Below, piece by piece: positions 25,847 through 38,384 of a DNA stretch of 64,000 nt. The notes beneath the pieces are model-generated. The model was not told the origin of the DNA and searched no databases. It worked only from the letters and a program-made list of their open reading frames with translations. The position numbers and the translations under genes are program-made. Position 1 is the first letter of the stretch; each line of letters starts with the position of its first letter. The stretch is from Neovahlkampfia damariscottae (Eukaryota). The stretch lies in NCBI GenBank assembly GCA_016618085.1, contig JABLTG010000113.1, positions 1 to 64,000 of the forward strand, read 5' to 3'.

Positions 25847-26710
25847 ATGAAGAAGCAATTTGTATTTTTGTTGGTATTCCTGTTCCTAACATATACAACT
25901 GTGGGAAGGAAATTGAACCATGGTGAAGAATGTACTATCCAATGCTCCAAAACTTACATTAAAAATTTCAATTCTTCTCAATGCAAAGAATACTACAAAG
26001 ATGGAAACACTTTATCAAAGTGCTCATGGAATAGACAAATTGACATATGTAAACACAAATGCTTATCAGGACCAAAAAGATGTCATAGAATTTGTTCAAC
26101 AAAAGAATGTTATGGAAAACAAGTTCAAGTTTGTCAAAAAAAATGTACTTCAGGTGAACAATGTGTTAGTGAATGTATTTACAGAAAATACAAAAACTGT
26201 TATTTTGACAGACTTCCTGGATACTTAATTGATCGATGTAAATCTGTTTTTCAAAATGACAAAAACAAAAGTTGTTTAAAAAGATGTTTAGAAGTAAAAA
26301 GAGTACCAGATACAAATGGTACTTCAGGTCCAAATCCAAAAGTAACTTATAAATGGGTTCCAAAAAATGAAAAAAAAAACAAAAAAAAAAACTGGAAAGT
26401 AAAGTTCAGACGTACAAAGTATGGACATATAAAACAAGTAGTTAAGAAACCATGTTATGGAACAATTCATGTTTCCACTGTCAACTTTTGGGAAGGTCAA
26501 AAAATTTCACTTCCTGGGCGTTGTGTTGAAATTGTTTTTGCAAGATTTGGTTATGGTAAAAAATGGTTTGAAGTTATTGAACAACTTCAACATTGGGTTG
26601 ATTCTCAAAAAGAACTTAAAAACGTAAAAATTGATATGAATGGAACTTTTGGTGATCCTTTCCGTGGAAGAAAAAAACTTCTTCAAGTAAAATATACTTA
26701 TAGAACATAA
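25847..26710 (+). CDS. Secreted Cys-rich protein with a C-terminal SUEL/galactose-binding lectin-like domain
   Basis: Signal peptide MKKQFVFLLVFLFL; many CxxxC; VEIVFARFG...FGDPFRGRKKLLQVKY. Confidence 0.7.
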   Translation: MKKQFVFLLVFLFLTYTTVGRKLNHGEECTIQCSKTYIKNFNSSQCKEYYKDGNTLSKCSWNRQIDICKHKCLSGPKRCHRICSTKECYGKQVQVCQKKCTSGEQCVSECIYRKYKNCYFDRLPGYLIDRCKSVFQNDKNKSCLKRCLEVKRVPDTNGTSGPNPKVTYKWVPKNEKKNKKKNWKVKFRRTKYGHIKQVVKKPCYGTIHVSTVNFWEGQKISLPGRCVEIVFARFGYGKKWFEVIEQLQHWVDSQKELKNVKIDMNGTFGDPFRGRKKLLQVKYTYRT

Positions 26711-26783
26711 ATAAACTTTTATTTTCAAAATTTATGTTCTTGAGTTCTGTCCAATCATTTTTCTTCATTTTTTTTAACACACA

Positions 26784-28439
26784 ATGACACAAGAGGAAGA
26801 AATTTATATCAAAATCTTTTTGAAGCAAGGAGTTTCTTTGTGTATAAGAGACTTATCATGTAAAAAAATAACAACTCAAAGTTTTCAAGTATCTTCTGAT
26901 CCTTATGTTGTTTTTAAAGCTGGAAAATCAATTGCCAAAAGTTCAGTCATCTCCAAAAATTTGAATCCAGTTTGGAATGAGGATATAAAATTAAATCTTT
27001 CAAAAGATTTCTTAGAACAAAACGGAATTTTAGAAATTGAAGTTTGGGATAGAGATTTATTGAAATCGGATGATTATATGGGCAGAACTTTTATAATTTT
27101 AGAAGAAATTGGAAGAAAAAAAGAATTTAATGTGCATTTAGAAGACACTGAAACAGGTGATCTCATATTTGACATTTCCACTTTTAATTTTGAGCAAATA
27201 GACAAACACGTCAAAAAACATTATTTTCCAAAAGATGAAGTGAAAAAAATCATGGAAAAAAAATTTTCCAAAACGTATAAAGGAAAATTTGAGAAAGAAA
27301 ACTACGAAGAAATTGTTGATGCATTTTCAGATTTCGATATTTTCAAACAAAAATACTTGAATCGAGATTGGATTGAATCATATCAATTTCATCAAAAATT
27401 GACGGAAACAAAAGAATCAAGAGATTCATTGGGTATTCATTTGGATGAAATAATTGAAATATCAGTAATTGATGAAACAAAAATTTCGAATCAAGAAACC
27501 AGGTAATTTCTTTAATATTTTTCATCATTCAGTTCAAAAAATATCAAAGTAAAATTAGTTTTCGTTGATCATACAAGTTTAAGTAAAGCAGAATCAAACT
27601 TTAAAAGTTTCATTTCTCCCTTTATTTCCGCATTTGGTTATTCAAGGATTGGATTATTTCATACAGCGCTTGTGATTGGACCATGGTTGATTGAATGGAA
27701 TACATCAGAGATATGCGTACCTAGAAAGTGTACATCTTCATCTGCTTTTTTAACAGCTGATATATTTGAGATTGATTCAATTGAAAATTTTGACAAAATT
27801 CGTGATAAACTGGCATACATAATATTTAGATGGAATTTTACCAAAAAATATTCAATTATTGGTGGAAAAGTAAACAGAGGAAATTGTCAAGAGTTTATCG
27901 AATCAATTTTAAACTTTTTGGATATTAAATTTCAATTCAATGATCCTCTACATTCATTTCTACAATCAATGAGATTAAAAGGAGAATCTCAACTCGTTTT
28001 CAAAATGAAACCGAAATTTATTGAATATTTTACCATAAAATTCACCGAAATTACCTTTAAAACACATGTAGAACTTGATGAATTTGTGACTTATTTGTTG
28101 AAAGTTGATGAAAACGCAGAACAAATATTTCCAGATGAATTCATCCTTTTAAAAAGTTTTGACAGAGCATTTTGGTTGAAGAACAATAAACTAACAGGAA
28201 AAATCCAGCAGTTAGAAGCTAAAATAAAAAAATGTGAAATTTTTATTCCACTATTTTCTGGAAATGAACAAAAAGAATTACGAAAAACTTTAGAAGAATT
28301 AAAAAGTGAATTCCAAACTGTAAAAGAAGATTTTATATCAGTTGCACCAAATATTTCCAAAAAACAAGTTGAATTATGTCCTTTTGGAAATCCAGATTCA
28401 ACAGGTTCATTTTTCGTTGAAAAAGTAGAATATAAATAA
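26784..28439 (+). CDS. C2 domain + putative permuted papain-like peptidase (paralog of 21407)
   Basis: SDPYVVFK...LNPVWNE...WDRDLLKSDDYMG; intron near 27503-27531; GLFHTALVIGPWLIEW, GNCQEFIE, LLKSFDRAFW, CPF.NP. Confidence 0.75.
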
Positions 28440-28488
28440 AATTTATTATTGTACATTATCTCAATATCCCAATGAAGAATTTTTTTTG

Positions 28489-28614
28489 AGTTCCTGAGGT
28501 GAAATCAGTGAGAATGGTGCCCAAGAATGGCTGAAATGGATGCCTGTGGACTGAGAAAAGCTGTTTCGGTAAGGTGCTCTATACCACTCGCACTTTTTTT
28601 GTCAGCCTACAAAA
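28489..28614 (+). ncRNA. Candidate box H/ACA snoRNA
   Basis: GC-rich island: hairpin 1 (AGTTC..AGGTG/TGCCT..GGACT, TCAGT/GCTGA), H box AGAAAA 28554-28559, hairpin 2 (GCTG/CAGC, AAGGTGC/GCACTTT with an internal pocket), ACA at 28609-28611. Confidence 0.62.
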
Positions 28615-29347
28615 TTTAAAAATAATTTTCCTTTAACCAATAAAAAAATATAAAAATTTCAATTGAATTTTTTTTTTTTTTTATTTGAAAAAGAGCAGAA
28701 AAAAAATTTTATTGTTCAAGAATCTGTTGTGGAAATGAAAAAAAATCCTCAAGATGTTGAAGACACTTCAGTTATGGATTTCGTGATAAACTCAAATATG
28801 ACACTTCAAATTGAAAGACAATTAGGAGAAGCTTTTTGAAGAGCAAGAGATTTTCATACCCAAATGGACTTGCTCATTGAAATTTTCAGCATCAAACCAG
28901 AAAAAACAACTTTACAAGCAACAGAAAACTCACTTAGTCGTTTTTGAAAAAAAAGAAAAAGTTGAAGCATTTGTAAATTTCTTGCACAAAAAAAACAACA
29001 GGTTTTCAGTGAAATCAAAATAAAACTAGGAAAAAAATTCAGTAATGCAAGAACAAAAGTAAAAAAGATGGTGAAAATAGATCGGAAGTGAAGAAGACAC
29101 CGAAATATAAAGATTATATTTTTATAATTTTTTTTTTTTTTCAAATTTTGAATTTGATGTTTATGAAAAATTTTCAAATTTTTTGAAAAAAGTAGCTACT
29201 TGAAAAATTTAGCTGATTTTTTTTTGCTTGGGCAATTCAATGAACTATCTTCCATTTTTATTGGTCCACCTCATCAAAAAGAACAAATTTAAACAACAAT
29301 TCTTATTCGTCCAACGAATCTAAAAACAAAACTAAATTGAATAAAGC

Positions 29348-31225
29348 ATGATTGATAATATTTCAGTGATAACAAAAGGAGGTCTTTTATTATGGGAATT
29401 TGAAACACATCCATTACGTGGGTCTACAATCAACTCATTCATACAAAAAGTTCTACTTGAAGAGAAAGCATCACAAAAAGGTTTTAATTTTGACAACTAT
29501 ATCGTTAAATGGACAATGGATAATGAAACAGACCTTGTTATTATCGTAAATCAAACAACTTTCCAACTAATTTTTTTTGTGTGAAGGTTGTTCATCAAAA
29601 ACTGGTTCAATTGTTATACGTCGATGATTTATTAAGAGTTGTCAAAGAAAAATTTTGTAATTTATTAAAAAAAATGAATTTCAATACAAAATCAATGGGT
29701 GTTGCAACAATTAATTTTGACCAAGATTATCAAACCATTCTCAAAGCTGTTGAAGAGCATTCAAAGAAAAACCCAAAAACAGAAGAAATAAAAAAGAAAC
29801 CAAAAAAGAATGAAATCATTCCAGAGTCAGAAAAACAAAAAAATGAACCTACAAAACAAGAAGAAGATTCTAAAAAGTCAACTGAAACTGATCCTTATAA
29901 ACAAAAACTTGAAGAAATGAAACAAAAGAAAAAAGAAGCAGAAGATAAAAAAAAAAATAAAAAAAATCAAAGTCCTACTTATGTGGCTCCAACAGGGTAA
30001 GAAAAAAAAAAAAAATTTAACACAAAAATAAAAAGAAAAACCAAAAAGAAAGCAACTAAATGGGACACTGATTCATATAATAAAGGAGATGAAAAACAAT
30101 TTGATTTCTCAAATAAAGATGAACAAGTTGATGATACAAAAAAAATTGAAGAAGCAAAATCAATTTATTTCTCAGGAGGTACAGAATCAAAAATGGATGT
30201 TGATGAAACATATGAACCTATAACAGAAGATGATATTGTCATTGGCAAAGATGTTGAAAAAAAATCAAAAGGATTTTTTTCATATTTTACTTCACTTGCA
30301 ACAGGAACTGTTTTGGATGAAGAAGATCTTAAACCAGTATTGGATCAAATTAAATCAAATTTACAAGAAAAAAACGTTGCACTTTCAGTTTCTGATGAAA
30401 TATGTGATTCAGTCTCAAAGAATTTGATTGGAAAGAACATTGGAACTTTTTCAAGTAAAATTAAACACAAAATTTAACTTCTTTTCAAAAGCTATTAAAA
30501 CTACTGTTAGAGATGCAATGGATGAAACATTAACAAGAATTTTAACACCTTCAAAGAATATTGATGTTTTAAGGGATGCGATGAGAGCAAGAGAACAACA
30601 AAGACCATATGTAATTACATTTGTAGGTGTTAATGGTGTTGGAAAATCTACATCATTGTCCAAAGTTTGTTACTGGTTACAACAAAATAATTTGAAAGTT
30701 ATGATTGCTGCTTGTGATACATTCAGATCAGGTGCAGTTGAACAATTAAGAGTTCATTCAAAATGTTTAAATGTTGAATTGTATGAAAAAGGTTATGGAA
30801 AAGATGCAGCTTCTATTGCAAATGAAGCTATCAAATATGCAAAAAAAAATGGAATTGATGTTGTTTTAGTTGATACAGCCGGAAGAATGCAAGAAAATGA
30901 ACCTTTAATGAAAGCATTAAACAAATTAGTTGTTGTTAATGAGCCAGATTTAGTCTTGTTTGTTGGTGAAGCTTTGGTTGGAAATGATGGAGTTGATCAA
31001 TTGACAAAATTCAATCAAGCATTGTCTATTCAACATGAGGATAGAAGAAATATTATTAATGGTGTTTTGTTGACTAAATTTGATACAATTGATGATAAAG
31101 TTGGTGCTGCAATTTCAATGGTCTATTCAACTGGAATTCCAATTTTGTTTTTGGGTGTTGGTCAAACATACACAGACTTGAAGAAATTAAGTGTAAAATC
31201 AGTTGTCAAAAGTTTGATGCAATAA
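29348..31225 (+). CDS. SRPRA: Signal recognition particle receptor alpha subunit
   Basis: Longin N-terminus (TKGGLLLW), [34 protein letters not shown]; three introns. Confidence 0.95.
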
Positions 31226-31318
31226 AAATTGTATTTCAAATTTAATAAATCGAGATTATTGGACAAAACACCCAACACGAATGATTGAAAAAAATTAGTG
31301 TTGGATTTCAACTTTTTT

Positions 31319-34300
31319 TTATTTCATGCGATTTGATATTTTCTTTTTTAACATTGCAGCATATTTTTTCTTTTTTTCAATAACTTCTCTTTGTCTTTTC
31401 AAAAAAATCCAACCACAAACAACATCATCATAAGTAAAATATTCATCACCTCTTGAATCCCACACTTCAATGATGTTTCTAACATCTTCATCATTCAAAT
31501 CTAATTTATATCTATTTGAAATATCTTTGATTGTTGCAACAGTCAATGGTACTTTATTTTCCTTGTCTGTTTTGAATTTTGCAAAAAAGTTCAAAATTTC
31601 TTCAATATAAGCAGGTAATAAAAATACTTCAAGCCACAATATGTGATCAAAATCTTTGAATTCTTTAGGCATAAAAGCATCATATAATTTTACTAAGGAT
31701 TGATTAACTTGTGTTGATTTGAATAATTCATGTTCTAATTTTACATCATACATAAAACGTATAATTGCATCTGCAATTGAATCTCTGACATCCTCAATAC
31801 CTTTACAGATGAAAATGTAACATTTTTTTTCTCCTTCCAATTCATATTCAATATGCAATTTATCTTTTTTTAAATCTTGAATGTAAAATGAATTGATCAT
31901 TGTGAATGGAATTTCGATTTTGATTTGTTTGTCTGCTATGACGAAAATCGAATCATTGGTCAATTTCAAAACTCTATTGTCTCTTTTTTGTGGATTTTTT
32001 GCATTGATTTTTAAGATCTTATACGTTTGTTTATATGATAAACTTGATTCTCGAATGGAAGAAGTCATTAATGAATCCAACATTGCATCTCTTTCAACCT
32101 CTGTTTGAAAAACATACCTAATAGTTTGTAATTCATTACCAACACTCTGATGAAGGGTTGATTTATTTGATACTGTTATAATTTTATGATCATCATCTGG
32201 TTTATGTACAAATCTAACTAGAATTTCTGGATCAGGTTTTCTTTTTCTAATTTCTTTGATATTAACAAAGAATATTTCACTTTTGATTCTTCCATTTTCA
32301 ATATTCAAAATAGATTCATGTGTAATTTTAATTTCTCTTTTTTGTAATTTTGCTTTTGATGACACTTTCATCACATCAAATTTAATGGAAAGATATTTTT
32401 TTGAAATGAAAGGAATAAATATTTTTTTGGGGTCAATATATTCTTCTAATTGATGCCAATTTGAATAAATTACAAGTTTTTTGTCTAAATCTACTTCATC
32501 TAAAAATAGAATCATTTCATGACACATTTTTAAAATTAAATTAGTAGGTTGAATTAAAATGAGTTTTTCTAAATTTTGGTAATGTTGGAGTTTCAATTGT
32601 GAGATGAATAATAAAGCACATTCATTGAGTAACTTAATATCCATATCTGTTATTGCAAACCAAGTTAAATCGAATATGATTATGTAAGTTCCTGAAAAGT
32701 ACTTTTTGATTTTTGAAAGAACATAATCAACAAATTTTGGTGGTTGATCAAGTAAAGTTTTGCTCAAACGATGAAATACTATTTGACAGTTAAAACAAAA
32801 ATTTGGAGTTGTTTACTGAAATAAAATGTTGGAACATTTTCATAGGTTGGTTTACCGACAAACAAAAATCTTGATTTATCCATTTCTTTAAGAAACTGTT
32901 GTTCTTCATTTAATCTTGCATTTCGTTCATTTATTTCATTTTCTAATGCGATCTCTTCATTTGCTTTGATCAAAACATCATTGAATGAATTGTAACCTTC
33001 TTCGTCTTTTGTGAATTCTGACAACAAAGGAATCAACTTTTTTAATTTAACTTTTTCTGGCAAATCTTTGTAAATAACCGCCAAAGTTTCAATTCTATTA
33101 TCTTTTTCTAAATATGGAAATTTTTTTATCAATCCTGGGATTATGAATTTCTTTCGTTGTTCTTCTGTAGCATGCTCAATAGAACTCAAAATTGAGGTAT
33201 TCCTTTCTTCAATTAATGGGTTTACAATCTTTTCTGTTGATGTAGAGTCTTGCAATTGTTTCTCCAAGTATTTAATTCTGTACATTTGATCTTCTATAAT
33301 TTTTTCTAATTTTTCTTCAGCAATCTCCAAGTCTTTATTTTCTTTCACCAAAAATTGAGCAGTTTTATCCTGAATTTCCTTCAATTCCTTTAATTGTTCT
33401 TGATAATTTGATTCATATTCTTCTTTTAAAGCTTCATATTTTTGTTCAAAAATAGGAATTCTTTTTTCGTCTTGTTTATTCCGTTCAATCAAATCATCAA
33501 TTTCTTTTTCCCTATTTTTTTGTCGATTTTGGATTTCTAAATCAATATTTTCATGTACTTTTTTAATATCAATTCTTCTTAATGCCATTTGATCTTCTAA
33601 ATTTCTCCATAATCTCTTACCAAAATGTTCTCTTGTCTCATTTGCTACCTTTGGTATTTTTTCAATAATAGAGATTCCCATTGATAATTTAATAGTTCTA
33701 TAAACAGATTGAACAAATTTAGTTTCGCGAAAATATGATAAATAGCACATCATAATGACTTCATCTGGATTTGTTGTTATATCTTCTCCAGTGATGATTG
33801 GTGGAATTTTAAATAATTCATGAGCATAATTAATAGCATTTTGGTTCATAATCACAGGGTCCAGTTTTTCTATTTCACTGAATTTTAGAGCGTCTCTATT
33901 TAACCGATGAATCAAAGCATATAGTAAAAGTCCGTCGTGACAAGCGGTGGATATTTTATCAACTTTTATGCTATAAGGAGCTCCTTCCTCATTTAAGTAT
34001 TGGATTAATGCCTTTTTATGATCTGCTTTTGCGCTTTGACGGTCCTCTGTACTTCCTGTGTTTTCAATTTGGTATTTTAAAATAATGGACTTCACTAAAC
34101 TTAATATACTGATCTCTTTCCCATCCACAATATCAGAAGCACCAATACCAGACAATTTTACTTTTTGATGTTTCTGTTTTTTTTTAATTATTTTTTTTTT
34201 TTACTTGTAGCCAATCCAGCAATAAGGAAATATTTTCTTTCATGACAATTTTATTTTTTATCTCATGATTTAATGTTTTACCATCAAAGTCGTCCTCTTT

Positions 34301-34459
34301 TGAGAGTATTAATAAAAGTTCTCCTAATTTAAGACCTGTTTTGAATTCTTCAAATAAATCTATGATAGGTTCTTTTCTATATTTTTGGAATTGTGCATTT
34401 ACCCATGCTGTGTATATTCTTTTATCTTGAGCTAGTTTTATTTGTTTCAGACTTGACAT
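31319..34459 (-). CDS. Multidomain protein: tandem CH (actinin-type ABD) - coiled coil - CRAL-TRIO-like - tandem PH-like - EF-hand
   Basis: Two introns join three ORFs. RIYTAWVN, DLFEEFKTGLKL, DIVDG, DGLLLYALIH, PDEVIMMCYLSY; NLEKLILIQP; two K..K...R..K.T repeats; WDSRGDEYFTYDD. Confidence 0.75.
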
Positions 34460-34573
34460 TTTTGACAGATCGGAATTTGATTGGACAACGACTTTGTAAA
34501 ATTAAAGATTAATTTTCAATGTTTTATTAAACAATATGTTTTTTATTTTTTAAAAAAAATTTTAATTTTTTTC

Positions 34574-35957
34574 TTAAAAATCTTTAAATAATATTTGTTG
34601 TTCATAAGTAGGTGGGTATTCATTTTTTGATATTGAATCTTTGTACTTCATAAAATATTTACTTGATCCTTCTGAATCCAAATGTAATTGAATTGGACTA
34701 GGAAGTAGCCTTTTTGCTGCTTTATCCCAATCAAAACCACTGAAAAAAGCATGGTTTTTGATATCATTTGCTCCATTTTTCAAACATCCATATCTCATAC
34801 TTTTGTTGAAGTTCATTAATTTTTTTAATAAATCTTTTGCTTCAGGTGAAATAAAAGAAGGTACAACATATTTTCCTTTAACAATTTTTGTATAAATCTC
34901 CATTTGATCTTTCGCAAAGAATGGCGGATAACTAAAAATTTTTGATTAAAATAATTCATGTGGTTCAAACCCTGCCAACATTTCATACCTTTTTTTTTTT
35001 AAATTTTAAATTTCAAATTTGACTTACATTAATACACCAAGTGACCAATAATCAACTCCTTTATCATGACCTGTTCCTAAAATGATTTCAGGTGCTAAAT
35101 CTATTCCGAAAAAAAATTAATTTTTTTAAATTTTCAAACATTCTGGAGTGCCACACATCGTCCAAGTTCTGAAATTAAAAAGTGAATCGGTTTTAGTTTT
35201 ACTTACTTGTCTGTAATTTTTTTTGCAAATCCAAAATCTGCAATTTTGACATGTCCATTTGCGTCTGTAAAAAAGAAAATTAATTTCTTTTTTTTTTTTC
35301 ATACCAATCAAACTATATTTTTTAATAGATTTTAATATCATACACGTTTTCAGGTTTCAAGTCTCGATAAACAATTCCTTTGCTTTTTTTTATATAAAAA
35401 TTAACAGTTGTAAATGACAAACCTATGAATATATTCAAGTCCTAAAAGAATTTCTGCAATAAAGAAACGACAAACAGCATTTGAGAATCTTTTATTTTTA
35501 CGTAACCAAGTGAACATTTCACCACCTAATTTAGTTATCAGAAAATTTAACAAAGCAAACCTGGAATATAATCCATTACAAGATATAATTTTTCTTCATC
35601 TTGAAATGTTTTATACACTTGAACTGTGAAAGGACATTTAATTTCCATCTGAAGTTTTTTTTCATCCAAGCAATGTTGAATTTGGTTAAGCTGAATGACT
35701 TTGTTTTTTTTTAAAGTTTTAATTGCAAAATATTGTCCTGTTTCTTTGTGTTGTGCTTTTAAAACTCTGCCAAATGTTCCAGTTCCTAAAGTTTCCTTTC
35801 TCTCAAAGTCATCTAATACCCAGTCTGCCGGATTTGAGGAAAGGTCAGTGGTAATAGAATCTTGAAAAATATCGTCCAAGTTCTGTTTTGATTGTACAGA
35901 GGTGTCTTCTTTCTTTTTAAAAAGACTACTTAGAGCTTTGTTTAGTTTCTTGGACAT
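34574..35957 (-). CDS. cAMP-dependent protein kinase catalytic subunit (PKA-C-like)
   Basis: [48 protein letters not shown]; eight introns, 8-nt and 18-nt exons. Confidence 0.93.
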
Positions 35958-36134
35958 TGATGGTATTGGTCAGTATTTCTGATTGGTCTACTTTTCAGCT
36001 GAAAATGAACCGAAAAAATTCCTCAAAACAATTTCCCGAAATAACTGTAAAAACAAATAGTTTTTTTTTTTTTTTTCTGAATTTTTATCTTCGTTCGTCC
36101 AATCATTTTTTCTACATATTTTCAACGGAAAACA

Positions 36135-36552
36135 ATGACGACGAATAAAGAGAATAATTTTGAATTTTTAGGAGTTCTTCAAAGTATATTAGAGTAATAA
36201 TCTGACCAATACCATAGTTTTTGGATCTTCAGTTCAAAGTATTGTCGCAAAATACAACGACGAAATTGAGTACTTTAAAATACTAACGTCAGAACTTTAG
36301 ATTTTGAATTAAGAGCGGTTCAAAAGGAACTTGAAGATATTTTATATCTTAATCAAGAAGAAAAATCAAGAATTATGAAACGTTCAGACTTTGTTCAAGG
36401 TATAATTTTATTTTCGTTTTAATTTTTTAGAAATGATTTCAAATTTCTTTCAACAATATGAACACCAAGTTCAAGGAGAAGAAACATCACAAATTGATGA
36501 TCACCAAGAGTTTTCCGAATCAACTTTTCAAACTGAAGAAACTCTTGAATAA
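36135..36552 (+). CDS. Small spliced helical hypothetical protein, absent from the ORF track
   Basis: ATG 36135; three GT-AG introns give an open frame (LDFELRAVQKELEDILYLNQEEKSRIMKRSDFVQ|EMISNFFQ) ending at TAA 36550-36552; CCAAT at 36099. Confidence 0.55.
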
Positions 36553-36715
36553 TTTCAGAACAAAACATCATCAATTGTAATTTTTTCACTTTTAACTTTT
36601 GAATACAAAAAGATTACAAAATTTTTTTTTGATTTTTCTTTCCAAATCTTTTGCGCATTAAATTGATTGGTCATAATTTTTTCTGTTGCACAAATCAAAA
36701 AAGTTCAAAGTTCCA

Positions 36716-38374
36716 ATGTCAAAAGAACAAAAAGTACTTGTGTTAGATGGTGAAACCTTAACAATTGAAGAACTTGTTGAAGCTGGATATGATACTAATT
36801 ATGTTGTCAAAATCTCAAAAGAAGCTGGTGAAAGAGTCAATAAAGCAAGAAAAGTTATTGATGATATGTTAAAGTCAGGTGAAACAAGATATGGAATCAA
36901 TACAGGTTTTGGTCATTTTTCAAGTGTCAAAGTTTCAAAAGAAAAAGTTTTAAAACTTCAAATTAATTTAATTAGATCTCATTGCTGTGGAGTTGGTGAA
37001 CCTTTGACAGTTCCAAGAACTAGAATGTTAATGATTTTAAGAGTTAATGCTTTACTCAAAGGTTTTTCAGGTATACGGCTTTGTGTTCTTGAAACTTATG
37101 TTGAGTGTTTAAATTTAAATTTAGTTCCAAGAGTTCCTCTCAAAGGAACAGTAGGAGCTTCAGGAGATTTGTAAGTTTTGTCATTTTTTTTAATTATATC
37201 TTCAGAGCACCTCTATCTCATGTTGCTTTAGGCATGCTCGGTGAAGGAAAGATGTATAATCCTAAAACAAAACAATATGGACTTTCAAAAGAAATTATGG
37301 AAGAATTTAAAGTTAAACCAATTTCTTTAGAAGCAAAAGAAGGTCTTTCATTAATTAACGGAACTCAATTCATGTCAGCATTGGCTTCAGAAGCTGTTTA
37401 TCGTTGTAAAAGATTAGTTAAACAAGCAGATATTGTTGCTGCATTAACAGTTGAAGCATTGCACGGTAGTTACAAAGCTTTTGATGCAAGAATTCATAAA
37501 AATAGACCACATACTGGTCAAATTCTCGTTGCTGAAAGAATGAGAAATTTACTTGCAAAAACACCATCAGAAATTAATGATGGTCACAAAAAGTGTGGAC
37601 AAGTTCAAGATTCATATACTTTAAGATGTATCCCACAAGTTCATGGTGTAGTAAATGACACTTTAGAATTTGTTGAAAAAATTATATCAACAGAAATCAA
37701 TAGTGCAACAGATAATCCAATGGTATTTGCTGAAGATTTAGAAAGTGATTTACCAGATCAAGATAATATTGTAAGTTGTGGTAATTTCCACGGTGAATAT
37801 CCAGCAAAAGCTTGTGATTACTTGGCTATTGGAATTCATGAATTGGCTTCAATTTCTGAAAGAAGAAGTGCAAGACTTATTGATTCATCACTTCACCCAC
37901 ATCTTCCTTCATTTTTGGTCGTAGAAGGAGGTTTAAATTCAGGTTTTATGATGATTCAAGTTGTAAGAATCTTTTAAAAAAATATTTATTTTTTTTTAAC
38001 AGACAGCTGCTGCTTTAGTTTCAGAAAACAAAGTTTTAGTTCATCCTTCATCAAGTGATAGTATTCCAACAAGTTGCAATAAAGAAGATCATGTTTCAAT
38101 GGGTGGTTTCGCGGCAAGAAAATTATTAGAAGTAGTTGAAAATGTTGAAAATGTGGTTGCTATTGAATTACTTTGTGCAGTTCAAGCTCTTTCATTTTCA
38201 AAACCAAGTAAAACAACACCTAAACTTGAAAAAGTTCATGATTTGGTTAGAAAACATGTCACTTTTTATGATGAAGACAGACCATTTGATGAAGATGTTG
38301 AAAAACTTGTTGAATTATTAAAAACAAATGAAATTTGGAATTGCATCTCTGATCTCATGGAAAAATCTCAATAA
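36716..38374 (+). CDS. HAL: Histidine ammonia-lyase
   Basis: YGINTGFG, MIO motif GTVGASGDL, KEGLSLINGT, QDSYTLRC, GNFHG, KEDHVSMG; two introns. Confidence 0.95.
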
Positions 38375-38384
38375 ATTTTTTATT

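Noticed and set aside
28510..28600. TPP riboswitch or tRNA/Pol III RNA reading (GGTGC...CTGAGA, T7 run)
   Set aside because: No downstream UGAACCUGA/P4-P5 elements, no cloverleaf or B box; the H/ACA layout explains the pairing better.
28735..29110. Coding-like fragments upstream of SRPRA
   Set aside because: Short broken frames with no recognisable family; possibly pseudogene debris but unsupported.
8253..38374. Amino-acid catabolism cluster (OAT, transporter, HAL)
   Set aside because: The genes are 10 kb or more apart and interspersed with unrelated genes.
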